A DNA stretch of 64,000 nt from Mytilus galloprovincialis (Eukaryota): positions 74,717,723 through 74,781,722 of the forward strand of contig NC_134841.1 in assembly GCF_965363235.1 (NCBI RefSeq). Reading direction: 5' to 3'. Shown piece by piece: positions 11,744 to 24,514 of this stretch (positions are counted from its first letter, which is position 1; each line of letters begins with the position of its first letter). The notes below the pieces were generated by a model, which had not been told where the DNA came from, ran no database searches, and saw nothing but the letters and a program-made list of their open reading frames with translations. Made by a program: the position numbers and the translations under genes.

Positions 11744-14015
11744 TTTTTCTACGACCGCAAAAATTTTAATTTTTTGGTCGTATATTGCTATCACGTTGGC
11801 GTCGTCGTCGTCGTCTGCGTCGTCGTCGTCGTCGTCGTCGTCCGAATACTTTTAGTTTTCGCACTCTAACTTTAGTAAAAGTGAATAGAAATCAATGAAA
11901 TTTTAACACAAGGTTTATGACCACAAAAGGAAGGTTGGGATTGATTTTGGGAGTTTTGGTCCCAACATTTTAGGAATTAGGGGCCAAAAAGGGCCCAAAT
12001 AAGCATTTTCTTGGTTTTCGCACTATAACTTTAGTTTAAGTGAATAGAAATCTATGAAATTTTGACACAAGGTTTATGACTACAAAAGGAAGGTTGGGAT
12101 TGATTTTGGGGGTTTTGGTTCCAACAGTTTAGGAATTAAGGGCCAAAAAAAGGGCCCAAATAAGCATTATTCTTGGTTTTCGCACAATAACTTTAGTATA
12201 AGTAAATAGAAATCAATGAAATTTTAGCACAAGGTTTATGACCACAAAAGGAAGGTTGGGATTGATTTTTGGAGTTGAGGTCACAACAGTTTATGAATTA
12301 GGGGCCAAAAAGGGGCCCAAATAAGCATTATTTTTGGTTTTTGCACCATAACTTTAGTATAAGTAAATAGAAATCTATGAAATTTAAACACAAGGTTTAT
12401 GACCATAAAAGGAAGGTTGGGTTTGATTTTGGGAGTTTTGGTCCTAACAGTTTAGGAATAAGGGGCCCAAAGGGTCCAAAATTGAACTTTGTGTGATTTC
12501 ATCAAAAATTGAATAATTGGGGTTCTTTGATATGCCGAATCTAACTATGTATGTAGATTCTTAATTTTTGGTCCCGTTTTCAAATTGGTCTACATTAAGG
12601 TCCAAAGGGTCCAAAATTAAACTGAGTTTGATTTTAACAAAAATTGAATCCTCGGGGTTCTTTGATATGCTGAATTTAAAAATGTACTTAGATTTTTAAT
12701 TATTGGCCTAGTTTTCAAGTTGGTCCAAATGGGGGTCCAAAATTAAACTTTGTTTGATTTCATCAAAAATTGAATAAATGGGTTCTTTGATATGCCAAAT
12801 CTAACTGTGTATGTAGATTCTTAATTTTTGGTCCAGTTTTCAAATTGGTCTACATTAAGGTCCAAAGGGTCCAAAATTAAACTAAGTTTGATTTTAACAA
12901 AAATTAAATTCTTGGGCTTATTTGATATGCTTTATCTAAATATGTACTTTGATTTTTGATTATGGGCCCAGTTTTCAAGTTGGTCCAAATCAGGATTCCA
13001 TATCAAGTATTGTTCAATAGCAAGAAATTTTCAATTGCACAGTATTGCACAATAGCAAGAAATATCTAATTGCACAATATTGTGCAATAGCAATTAATTT
13101 TCAATTGGAGTTATCTTTCTTTGTATAGAATAGTAGTTGATAATATATGTTGGAAATTTGCCAGACATGACTATGATGTCATTTTCTATTTTTATTTGCC
13201 AATAACTTTATGTAAATAACTTCATTGGAAATTTGCCAATATAAAATGTTGCTGATGAAGCTTTTTTTCCTTATCTTATCTAAAATGTTTTTAGATAATG
13301 TATGTTGGAAATTTGCCAGACATGACTATGATGTCATTTTCTATTTTTATTTGCCAATAACTTTATGTAAATAACTTCATTGGAAATTTGCCAATATAAA
13401 ATGTTGCTGATGAAGTTTTTTTTATTGTTTTATACAATAAACAATGTATATTCACTTTTACTACCAACCAATCTTTACCATTCAGTGATAACAAGCACTT
13501 TATTTTACATTTTAATATTTTATGATGTATTTAAAAGAGTAGTTATTGTTGCAAACTCCATTAGAAATTTGAATTGATATCAGTTTTGGAAAAAGGGAAA
13601 CGGGGATGTGAAAAAAGGGGGGGGTTTAAATTTTTCTCATTTCAGATTTCATAAATAAAAAGAAAATTTCTTCAAACATTTTTTTGAGAGGATTAATATT
13701 CAACAGCATAGTGAATTGCTCAAAGGCAAAAAAAAACTTTTAAGTTCATTAGACCACATTCATTCTGTGTCAGAAACCTATGCTGTGTCAACTATTTAAT
13801 TTTAGATTTAAATAAGTTTGAAGAAGAAATCTTTAATTGATTTGTAAAATCTTGACATTTGTTTTGTGTAAAAAAACCCATGTAATGTCAAAAATTTGAT
13901 CACAATCCAAATTCAGAGCTGTATCACGCTTGAATGTTTTGTCCATACTTGCCCCAACTGTTCAGGGTTCGACCTCTGCGGTCGTACAAAGCTGCGCCCT
14001 GCGGAGCACCTGGTT
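11744..14015 (+). mobile_element. Composite non-autonomous element, copy 2 (about 2.27 kb)
   Basis: Same termini and module order as copy 1. It has a longer (GTC)n tract at 11797-11843 and an extra about 240-bp module (aatgttgctgatgaagttttttttattgttttatacaataaacaatg ... gggaaacggggatgtgaaaaaagggggggg) at 13380-13620. Confidence 0.85.
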
Positions 14016-14045
14016 ATAAATTACCACTAATATTTCTATTTTTAG

Positions 14046-14153
14046 GTGACTTCTTCAGTTGATTTCAACTTAAAGGTTTGGGATACTGCCACAGGAACAG
14101 AGAAATCTACACTAACTGGTCACATGGCTGGAATTAATGCTATCTCCTATAGT
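14046..14153 (+). CDS. WD40 gene exon: VTSSVDFNLKVWDTATGTEKSTLTGHMAGINAISYS
   Basis: Acceptor tatttttag ends 14045, immediately 3' of element copy 2. Donor AGT|gtaagt at 14154. 108 nt, phase 0. Confidence 0.85.
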
Positions 14154-14459
14154 GTAAGTCATTAAAATAAGGAATCAAAATATTTAGGGAATTTGTTTGA
14201 ACTCAATCAATACGTTGAGCAAACTAAAATGTTCTTTTTTCTTTTCTTAAGTACTACTGTACAATATGACTTCATATTTAGTCAGTCTGTTAGCAGGTGG
14301 TAAGTTGTTATAACATAAACGGTACCAAGTTTCCTGCACCAGATGCACATTTTGACAATCAATGTCTCTTCAGGGATGCACCAGGTAGGGTGTGAGCCTA
14401 TACCTGTTTTCCAATACTTTAGGAAGAGAGGGGCATGCTTGGCATAGTAAATTTATGCC

Positions 14460-16872
14460 TTTTTATACGACCGCAAAATTTGAAAAATTTTTCGTCGTAT
14501 ATTGCTATCACGTTGGTGTCTGCGTCGTTGTCGTCGTCGTCGTCGTCCGGCGTCCGAATACTTTTAGTTTTCGCACTCTAACTTTAGTAAAAGTGAATGG
14601 AAATCTATGAAATTTTAACACAAGGTTTATGACCACAAAAGGAAGGTTGGTATTGATTTTGGGAGTTTTGGTCCCAACATTTTAGGAATTAGGGGCCAAA
14701 AAGAGCCCAAATAAGCATTTTCTTGGTTTTCGCACTATAACTATAGTTTAAGTGAATAGAAATCTATGAAATTTTGACACAAGGTTTATGACCACAAAAG
14801 GAAGGTTGGGATTGATTTTGGGGGTTTTGGTTCCAACAGTTTAGGAATTAAGGGCCAAAAAAGGGCCCAAATAAGCATTATTCTTGGTTTTCGCACAATA
14901 ACTTTAGTATAAGTAAATAGAAATCAATGAAATTTTAGCACAAGGTTTATGACCACAAAAGGAAAATTGGGATTGATTTTTGGAGTTGAGGTCACAACAG
15001 TTTATGAATTAGGGGCCAAAAAGGGGCCCTATTAAGCATTATTTTTGGTTTTTGCACCATAACTTTAGTATAAGTAAATAGAAATCTATGAAATTTAAAC
15101 ACAAGGTTTATGACCATAAAAGGAAGGTTGGGTTTGATTTTGGGAGTTTTGGTCCTAACAGTTTAGGAATAAGGGGCCCAAAGGGTCCAAAATTGAACTT
15201 TGTGTGATTTCATCAAAAATTGAATAATTAGGGTTCTTTGATATGCCGAATCTAACTATGTATGTAGATTCTTAATTTTTGGTCCCATTTTCAAATTGGT
15301 CTACATTAAGGTCCAAAGGGTCCAAAATTAAACTTAGTTTGATTTTAACAAAAATTGAATCCTTGGGGTTCTTTGATATGCTGAATTTAAAAATGTACTT
15401 AGATTTTTAATTATTGGCCTAGTTTTCAAGTTGGTCCAAATGGGGGTCCAAAATTAAACTTTGTTTGATTTCTTCAAAAATTGAATAAATGGGTTCTTTG
15501 ATATGCCAAATCTAACTGTGTATGTAGATTCTTAATTTTTGGTCCAGTTTTCAAATTGGTCTACATTAAGGTCCAAAGGGTCCAAATTAAACTAAGTTTG
15601 ATTTTAACAAAAATTAAATTCTTGGGCTTATTTGATATGCTTTATCTAAATATGTACTTTGATTTTTGATTATGGGCCCAGTTTTCAAGTTGGTCCAAAT
15701 CAGGATTCCATATCAAGTATTGTGCAATAGCAAGAAATTTTCAATTGCACAGTATTGCACAATAGCAAGAAATATCTAATTGCACAATATTGTGCAATAG
15801 CAATTAATTTTCAATTGGAGTTATCTTTCTTTGTATAGAATAGTAGTTGATAATATATGTTGGAAATTTGCCAGACATGACTATGATGTCATTTTCTATT
15901 TTTATTTGCCAATAACTTTATGTAAATAACTTCATTGGAAATTTGCCAATATAAAATGTTGCTGATGAAGCTTTTTTTCCTTATCTTATCTAAAATGTTT
16001 TAGATAATGTATGTTGGAAATTTGCCAGACATGACTATGATGTCATTTTCTATTTTTATTTGCCAATAACTTTATGTAAATAACTTCATTGGAAATTTGC
16101 CAATATAAAATGTTGCTGATGAAGCTTTTTTTCCTTATCTTATCTAAAATGTTTTAGATAATGTATGTTGGAAATTTGCCAGACATGACTATGATGTCAT
16201 TTTCTATTTTTATTTGCCAATAACTTTATGTAAATAACTTCATTGGAAATTTGCCAATATAAAATGTTGCTGATGAAGTTTTTTTTATTGTTTTATACAA
16301 TAAACAATGTATATTCACTTTTACTACCAACCAATCTTTACCATTCAGTGATAACAAGCACTTTATTTTACATTTTAATATTTTATGATGTATTTAAAAG
16401 AGTAGTTATTGTTGCAAACTCCATTAGAAATTTGAATTGATATCAGTTTTGGAAAAAGGGAAACGGGGATGTGAAAAAAGGGGGGGGGGTTAAATTTTTC
16501 TCATTTCAGATTTCATAAATAAAAAGAAAATTTCTTCAAACATTTTTTTGAGAGGATTAATATTCAACAGCATAGTGAATTGCTCAAAGGCAAAAAAAAA
16601 CTTTTAAGTTCATTAGACCACATTCATTCTGTGTCAGAAACCTATGCTGTGTCAACTATTTAATTTTAGGTTTAAATAAGAAGAAATCTTTAATTGATTT
16701 GTAAAATCTTGACATTTGTTTTGTGTAAAAAAACCCATGTAATGTCAAAAATTTGATCACAATCTAAATTCAGAGCTGTATCACGCTTGAATGTTTTGTC
16801 CATACTTGCCCCAACTGTTCAGGGTTCGACCTCTGCGGTCGTATAAAGCTGCGCCCTGCGGAGCACCTGGTT
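14460..16872 (+). mobile_element. Composite non-autonomous element, copy 3 (about 2.41 kb)
   Basis: Same termini and module order. It has 4 copies of the atgttggaaatttgccagacatgactatg module and the extra 240-bp module (16243-16490, identical to the ORF-track entry 13380..13577). Confidence 0.85.
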
Positions 16873-17089
16873 GATATTTTAACTTGGTTATTGTTCAGCA
16901 AACTATTCAAAAGACAGTTGTGTAATCAACTCATTTTGCAGTTTTCGAACCAGTGAGCAAAAATTAACTTTTTGATATATTTTCACATCCATCGCTCATC
17001 AACTTCCTTTTTACTGAAAACTTTAAATATTGAAAGATTGGGTATTACAAATGAGGAATCATTCATCATTGAACTTGTTTGTCTTACAG

Positions 17090-17246
17090 TATGGTTGTAT
17101 AGTGTCCTGCAGTAGTGATGGAGCAGTTAAAGTATGGTCACAGAAAGGTACAGAGATCACAACTCTGTATGGACATACACAGAGAGTCAATGGATGTGAT
17201 ATGATTGTCAAAACTAGCAAGGATGACACTGAAGAGGAAGAAGATG
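17090..17246 (+). CDS. WD40 gene exon: YGCIVSCSSDGAVKVWSQKGTEITTLYGHTQRVNGCDMIVKTSKDDTEEEED(G)
   Basis: Acceptor tgtcttacag ends 17089, donor GATG|gtaaat at 17247. SSDGAVKVW is a WD motif. Ends in phase 1. Confidence 0.8.
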
Positions 17247-17611
17247 GTAAATATATTAATGCTACTGATTGTCCTGGCCTTGTGGTCATATAACTTTGGA
17301 GCATGATTATTGTACCAAAAACTGAGAAATACTAGATTTAATGTTTTGAGCACATATTTTGTACTGAGTAAAGTTTTATGATCTTAAAGACGTTTTCTTT
17401 CAAAATTCAGGAATCCTTACATTCATTTATTATTAAAATTGTTGAGCAAAAGTGTGTGGTTAATGATTGTGACTTTAGGAAATACTAAATACAAATAATG
17501 TCACCAGTGTTCAAAATACAAGTTTAATTTTTGCAAAACTATAAATCATGTTGCACTTTTTGTAATAACAAAAACATCACACAAATTAATTAACAGTATT
17601 GTAATATAAAT

Positions 17612-18369
17612 GTTCCAGACCGTATGAGTATTTGGACCGTACGCGTACGGTCTGGACCGTATGCGTACTTTTTCAAAATACTCATACGGTCGGACCGTAC
17701 GCGTACGGTCTGATTAATATAATTAAGAAGTTGCTTAAGTTTTTAATTACAAATGCATGTAACAGATCAACATAACTTAACTCTCAAATTAATATGGAAA
17801 AGTTCAATTGTAATTGAAATAAAAACCTTATTTTTCAACTATTTAAAAAATTCACGCTAATTAAATCTGTTACTATCTTGTTTTTAGCATGTCGATCAGT
17901 AATACATTAATTGAATCATTAAATTGACGATATCGGAAGTAAACATAATGTGGGAGGACAATTGTTTTAGAATATTAGAAACTTTACAAAAAAAATACAA
18001 ATGCAAAGGAACATGAATGACCTGCAAGCATGTAATTGTAAAATATATTACATTACTTGTGGTAGCAAGTGTCACCTTGGGCGAGAATACCAAAATAGGA
18101 TTCAGATATACAATTAAACAAATATTTAATTTCAATTGTTCATTTGTTCATTTTATCCATCTAATTGCAATGATAACAATTTATAAAACTAAAAATAAAT
18201 GTTTGTTTAAATTTAACCCATATGATCCACAACATGTATGGTCAGCTCTTACTGGACCATATGCGTATACTCATACGGTCCGACCGTACGCGTATGGTCG
18301 GACCGTACGAGTATACGTATACGGTCCGGACCGTACGCGTACGGTCCAAATACTCATATGGTCTGGAAC
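17612..18369. mobile_element. MITE-like element (about 758 bp) with about 110-bp terminal inverted repeats built from palindromic GACCGTACGCGTACGGTC units
   Basis: The left end gttccagaccgtatgagtatttggaccgtacgcgtacggtctggaccgtatgcgtac matches the reverse complement of the right end at about 18250-18369. The 6-bp direct repeat ATAAAT flanks both ends (17606-17611 and 18370-18375). The AT-rich core has no transposase ORF. Confidence 0.7.
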
Positions 18370-18798
18370 ATAAATAAAAAACAAGATAAAAAGAATTGTA
18401 CTGTACTTTTATTTTTCATTTAGGTATAAATACTTTTTTTCTTCAATTCTTTAAAAACTGCATTTTTCAAATATAACAGTCTATTATTTATGGCACTGAA
18501 TTATGTAAGCACAAATATAGATGTTGTTATGACACAAGTGCAGGCAATATTTTTATAAAGATATAAAGATCATTTGAAATCAATGAATGCTTAATTTCAC
18601 TGAAACCACTTTATCCTGTCACCTGACAGTGTCCAGCTGGACTTATTCAGGGATTTCAACTGCCATCTTGTTACTTCATTTGTGTCACACATTATCAAAA
18701 GAAATCTCATTGAAAACCATCTAACAGAATTCCTTCAAACTTGCCCAAATTCACTACATGACATAAATTGTAATGAATACCAATTTTTTTTTTTAAAG

Positions 18799-18947
18799 AT
18801 GCAAACAAATCCTGGGCAGATATGGTAGAAACAGCAGAGGCTGCTAAGAAGGCTAAGAAATCAAAACCTCCAGGTGTAAAGATGGATGATGTTCTGGTAG
18901 CTACTTGTGGAGATGATGGTACAGTCAGGGTCTGGCAACCATTGCAG
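18799..18947 (+). CDS. WD40 gene exon: (D)ANKSWADMVETAEAAKKAKKSKPPGVKMDDVLVATCGDDGTVRVWQPLQ
   Basis: Acceptor tttttaaag ends 18798, donor CAG|gtaaga at 18948. TCGDDGTVRVW is a WD motif. Confidence 0.8.
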
Positions 18948-19499
18948 GTAAGATAACATGCAATTCGTGTGTTATTGTCGATTTTAAAGATGTTAAGGTT
19001 TCATTAAGCAGAGTTGGTTCCTTATTCAGAATATCAATTGAGATTTGTATCAAAGGTTTATGTCAGGAATATCTTGAATGAGTTGAAAATTGGTGTGGAT
19101 CATCTATTTTTATGGCCACACAACAAAGTTTTCAAGGCAATACAGTTTTACCCTTATCTGTCATTCAGTCATTCTGCAACAAACAGTTATACAGACTTTT
19201 TTCTAAAGGACATCACATATTAAGCTGATTTTTTGGTATGTAAGTATGCTATGATAAGTTACAGATGGAGTTCTGCTCTGCTGATTTTTTCCAAAATTAT
19301 GGGCTTTTGAATTTGAAAATTTCCACTCCCTAAAATCAGCTTCAAGTTTTTATGTCAGCAGGGCCATATGTGTTGTTCAGACATGTTACTTCTCATGGTT
19401 TTGCTTGCGTTTTATATTATCCACAGCTTAGATCAAGTGTTTATTATTTATAATAGCTTGTAACTGTTTGTCTGTACATCTGTATTGTTTGTTTTTTAG

Positions 19500-19711
19500 G
19501 CAAATGAGCTTGCCAGTATGTCAGGACACGATGACAGAGTACTCAGTGTATCATCTGACGCACAGGGAAAATTGTGTACAAGCAGTCTTGACAAGTCTGT
19601 CCGTCTGTGGGCTCCTGAGTTGTCAACAACACCATCAGATGCAGGGCATAATGGTTCAGTTACATTTGTCAGTTGTATAGACAATGGAGCAGGTTTATTG
19701 ACTGGAAGCAG
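19500..19711 (+). CDS. WD40 gene exon: ANELASMSGHDDRVLSVSSDAQGKLCTSSLDKSVRLWAPELSTTPSDAGHNGSVTFVSCIDNGAGLLTGS(R)
   Basis: Acceptor tgttttttag ends 19499, donor AG|gtatga at 19712. GH..RVLSV...SSLDKSVRLW blade. Ends in phase 2. Confidence 0.85.
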
Positions 19712-19837
19712 GTATGAGATCAGCATAGATTGAAATAGAAAAAATAGAATAAATACACAAGACTACAATCCAATAAAATACTTGACTTATTTTTCTCCCA
19801 TTGTTGAGTGCATTATAATACCAGTTGTTTTTATACG

Positions 19838-21792
19838 ACCGCAAAATTTGAAAAATTTTTCGTCGTATATTGCTATCACGTTGGCGTCGTCGTCGTCCGA
19901 ATACTTTTAGTTTTCGCACTCTAACTTTAGTAAAAGTGAATGGAAATCTATGAAATTTTAACACAAGGTTTATGACCACAAAAGGAAGGTTGGTATTGAT
20001 TTTGGGAGTTTTGGTCCCAACATTTTAGGAATTAGGGGCCAAAAAGGGCCCAAATAAGCATTTTCTTGGTTTTCGCACTGTAACTTTGGTTTAAGTTAAT
20101 AGAAATCTATGAAATTTTGACACAAGGTTTATGACCACAAAAGAACGGTTGGGATTGATTTTGGGAGTTTTGGTTTCAACAGTTTAGGAATTAGGGGCCA
20201 AAAAAGGGCCCAAATAAGCATTATTCTTGGTTTTCGCACAATAACTTTAGTTTAAGTAAATAGAAATCAATGAAATTTAAACACAATGTTAATGACTACA
20301 AAAGGAAGGTTGGTATTGATTTTGGGAGTTTAGGTCCCAACAGTTTAGGAATTAGGGGCCAAAAAGGGACCCAAATAAGCATTTTTCTTGGTTTTCGCAC
20401 CATAACGTTAGTATAAGTAAATATAAATCTATGAAATTTAAACACAAGGTTTATGACCATAAAAGGAAGGTTGGTATTGATTTTGGGAGTTTTGGTCCCA
20501 ACAGAATAAGGGGCCCAAAGGGTCCAAAATTAAACTTTGTTTGATTTCATCAAAATTGAATAATTGGGGTTCTTTGATATGCCGAATCTAACTGTCATGA
20601 CTGTGTATGTAGATTCTTAACTTTTGGTCCCGTTTTCAAATTGGTCTACATTAAGGTCCAAAGGGTCCAAAATTAAACTTAGTTTGATTTTGACAAAAAA
20701 TGAATCAGTTAGGTTCTTTGATATGCTGAATCTAAAAATGTACTTAGATTCTTGATTATTGGCCCAGTTTTCAAGTTGGTCCAAATCGGGGTCCAAAATT
20801 AAACTTCGTTTGATTTCATCAAAAATTGAATAAATGGGGTTCTTTGATATACCAAATCTAACTGTGTATGTAGATTCTTCATTTTTGGTCCTGTTTTCAA
20901 ATTGGTCTACACTAAAGTCCAAAGGGTCCAAAATTAAACTTAGTCTGATTTTAACAAAAATTGAAATCTTGGGGTTCTTTGATATGCTGAATCCAAAAAT
21001 GTACTTAGATTTTTTATTATGAGCCTAGTTTTCAAGTTGGTCCAAATCAGGATCTAAAATTATTATATTAAGTATTGTGCAATAGCAAGTCTTTTCAATT
21101 GCACAGTATTGCGCAATGGCAAGAAATATCTAATTGCACAATATTGTGAAATAGCAATTTTTTTTTTTAATTAGAGTTATCTTTCTTTGTCCAGAATAGT
21201 AAGCAAGAAATATCTAATTGCAAAATATTGTGCAATAGCAAGATTTTTTTTTAATTGGAGTTATCTTTCTTTGTCCAGAATCAACTTAAATCTTTGTTAT
21301 ATACAATGTATATTCACTTTTTACTACCAACTGATAAATTAAAATTATCTTTACCATTCAGTGATAACAAGCAGTTTTTTTTACATCTTAATATTTTATG
21401 ATGTATTTAAATGAGTAGTTATTGTTGCAAACTCCATTAGAAATTTTAATTGAGATTAGTTTTGGAATAAGGGAAAGGGGGATGTGATTAAAAAAATTGG
21501 GTTCAATTTTTCTCATTTGAAATTTCATAAATATAAAAGAAAATTTCTTCAAACATTTTTTTGAGAGGATTAATATTCAACAGCATAGTGAATTGCTCTA
21601 AGAGAAAACAAAAATTTTAAGTTCATTAGAACACATTCATTCTGTGTCAGAAACCTATGCTGTGTCAACTATTTAATCACAATCCAAATTTAGAGCTGAA
21701 TCCAGCTTGAATGTTGTGTCCATACTTGCCCCAACCGTTCAGGGTTCAACCTCTGCGGTCGTATAAAGCTACGCCCTGCGGAGCATCTGGTT
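19838..21792 (+). mobile_element. Composite non-autonomous element, copy 4 (about 1.96 kb, most diverged)
   Basis: Same 5' terminus (tttttatacgaccgcaaaatttgaaaaatttttcgtcgtatattgctatcacg then (GTC)n) and 3' terminus (...cagggttcaacctctgcggtcgtataaagctacgccctgcggagcatctggtt). Confidence 0.8.
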
Positions 21793-22091
21793 TTAAATGG
21801 TTTAAGCTCCATTAGTGTAAAAATGTCTTGTGCAAAAAAAGGATTTTCAGGTACTATTATTAAAAGCTCATTCATTATGATAATTCAATATTGGTAGCAC
21901 TATTGTTGACCTCACTGATGACAGGATTCTTTTTACAAAGAAGACTTAAAAGTATATAGAGTTACCATATTTCTATCCTCACAATAATCGCATTGACTGA
22001 CAGTCTCATTTCCTTTATAAAGTAGACAATAATATATAATATTGTGAATGAAGTTTTTCTTTCTGTTTGATATTGTTTATTTCTGTTGAAG

Positions 22092-22155
22092 GGATGGTGT
22101 TGTCAAGTTCTGGAGTGTAAACAATGGTGTATTTGTTTGTGAGAGAACAATGAAG
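22092..22155 (+). CDS. WD40 gene exon: (R)DGVVKFWSVNNGVFVCERTMK
   Basis: Acceptor ttctgttgaag ends 22091, donor AAG|gtaaac at 22156. Completes the R codon from exon 19500-19711. DGVVKFW is the end of a WD blade. Confidence 0.75.
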
Positions 22156-22451
22156 GTAAACTTATCTTATTGTTATCTTTTTTCATGTGCATAAATTACT
22201 TTAACAGGTATAAAACAAAATATCTTAATTGAATAAAGATGCATGTATTTCCAAATATAGCATGGAAAAACTGAAGATAGTTCAAAGGATTCTTTTTTAA
22301 TTTGTGGTTTTTTTTTTAAACGTTGCACATATTTTCTCAAATTTGTTGTGACTGATTTATGAAAAAGTTTAGTCATCTAGTTTAAATGTATGCTGATAAT
22401 GTGTTATGATTTTCATTAGTAATTATATATTATTTCATTTGTCACTGACAG

Positions 22452-22570
22452 GTATCCAAGTATTCTGTTACAGCTGTTTTATTCCAAATTGACAATAATA
22501 TGATAACAGCAGGTGAAGATGGACAAATTGTTTCTTGGTCTGTCACAAAAGAAAGCATGAAGATTAAAAG
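22452..22570 (+). CDS. WD40 gene exon: VSKYSVTAVLFQIDNNMITAGEDGQIVSWSVTKESMKIK(R)
   Basis: Acceptor tgtcactgacag ends 22451, donor AG|gtatgt at 22571. TAGEDGQIVSW is a WD motif. Confidence 0.8.
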
Positions 22571-23357
22571 GTATGTCTAACAATGATGTAATTCTATGTA
22601 GACACCATATCACCAGATTTCTATTTTATCCTAGTCTGTTATTTAGTTATTTCCCTTTGCAATAGTTATACAAGAACATAGGGCCAAGTAAACCATTATC
22701 ACTCCTTTGTGTCAACTGTTTTTTCTGTAATTTAACAATTTAACTTTTCATTGCTTCTGAAGCTACATGGGCAACTTTAACTAAAAGTAGTGAGAAATTT
22801 TTAGAAGGTATTCTAAAAGTATAAAGTATCACTTAATGGAATGAAAATATTTACATCAGAGAAACTCTTTAAATCTAATTAATTACTTTGAAAAATCTTC
22901 TTGTCTAAAACTACATGGTAAAATTTTTTGAAAGCTTAATGAATCAATGAAAAACAAAAACATCTGCAGTTTGAATTAATCCATTATTTTGCCAGACAAG
23001 AAATGCAGCCTCCTAGGAATCCTAAGATTATCATACCTGCATGTGTTGAGCTAGTGTTCATTATGTTGGTATTCAATAGTTAATACTAGTATCATTGTGT
23101 TATGGTTAAAGAATTTGCAATTTCATGAAAATGATATCTGGTTTCACAGATAGAATCATTATCAGCAAACAAAAACTACTATAAAAATCTAGGTGAGAAA
23201 AAAATCCAACATTTCGCTACAACTTTTGTAAATGAATCATATTTTAGAATTAAGAAATATACAGCTTCTATTTGACTGTTCCAGTTTACCTTCATATTGT
23301 GCAAAGAACAAAAGGACTTTGCTATCAATAAAATATAAATTTTGTCTTTTATTTCAG

Positions 23358-23495
23358 AGTTGAGAAATCCACTGTAATAGAAAATGGTTCAACACCTGTG
23401 ACTTGTCTGCTCCAATCTACTTCGGCAGCTCACTTCTTCTCTGGCAATTGGAAAGGGGAAGTAACTGTATATAAGGTCAACAAACTTGTTGACAG
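23358..23495 (+). CDS. WD40 gene exon: (R)VEKSTVIENGSTPVTCLLQSTSAAHFFSGNWKGEVTVYKVNKLVD(R)
   Basis: Acceptor ttttatttcag ends 23357, donor AG|gtaagg at 23496. Phase 2 in and phase 2 out. Confidence 0.75.
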
Positions 23496-24094
23496 GTAAG
23501 GTTATTATTGGTTAAAACGGAAATGTTAATTACACAGTTACCAAACAATAATATACATACCCAAACAAATGAATATTTGATTGTTACAATTTGATAATGC
23601 TTGGTTCCACCACAAAGCTTGATAACTGCTTTTTATAGATATAGGAAGATGTGGTATGAGTGCCAATAAGACAACTCTCCATCCGAGTCAAAATTATAAA
23701 AGTAAACTATTATAGGTCAAGGTACAGTCTTCAACATGGAGCCTTGGCTCACACCGAACAACAAGCTATGGAGGGCCTCAAAACATAACTATTGTAAAAC
23801 CATTCAAATGGGAAATATAACAGTCTAATCTATATATTTATGTCCATTCTTTCTTTTATTATACCATCAAAGTTTTGGGTGAATATATGAATCAGCTAAG
23901 TCCATCTATTTCTCCATCTTCCCTTTTGTCAATCATACATGTGCCTTGTTAGTGCATCTTCCAAGCAGATGGACATATATTGAGGAAAATTTATGTAGTT
24001 GTAAAGTGCTATCAGAAGAACAGCAAAGATTGCAATCTTCCATAATCAAAAGACTACCGTAGTAGTACATATTTCTGTTTTCATTTTACAATGT

Positions 24095-24260
24095 TGGAGC
24101 CTCAGTGGTTTAGAGGTTGTGATTTCTAACCCTGCTTTGGTAAAATGCATTCGACTATAATCTTTATGGATAAGGATTGCCTGTTTTTCCTGCCAAAGTG
24201 ATATTCTATGTGTACTGAGGCTTCCTCAACCAATATAACCAATAGAACAAGCCACCATGA
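24095..24260 (+). mobile_element. Diverged SINE copy
   Basis: ggtttagaggttgtgatttctaaccc ... gcattcgactataatctttatggataaggattgcc aligns with the SINE at 24515-24780. Confidence 0.5.
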
Positions 24261-24332
24261 TATAGTTATGTGTGTTGAAAGTGAAATTTAATCAGCAACT
24301 ACGAATTAATCAATAATTTTATAATGTTACAG

Positions 24333-24456
24333 AAAATGTGTAGTGGATAAAGCCGACTGGATATTAAGTTTGTATCAGACAAAGTCTAAGCCTGGATGTC
24401 TGTATGCTACCACAGCCAGTGGAATGGTGATTGAAATGAAAGTTACAATGGAGAAG
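24333..24456 (+). CDS. WD40 gene exon: (R)KCVVDKADWILSLYQTKSKPGCLYATTASGMVIEMKVTMEK
   Basis: Acceptor tgttacag ends 24332, donor AAG|gtaaag at 24457. Confidence 0.75.
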
Positions 24457-24514
24457 GTAAAGCTTACAAATCACATTCTATTTTCTAAATCATCTACATG
24501 AAGGTTCAAAAAGG

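Noticed and set aside
17896-18373. ORFs 17896..18135 (minus) and 18017..18373 (plus) inside the palindromic-TIR MITE
   Set aside because: The plus ORF is largely a translation of the CG-palindrome TIR (PYAYGRTVRVYVYGPDRTRT). Neither has a transposase-like motif; the element is judged non-autonomous.
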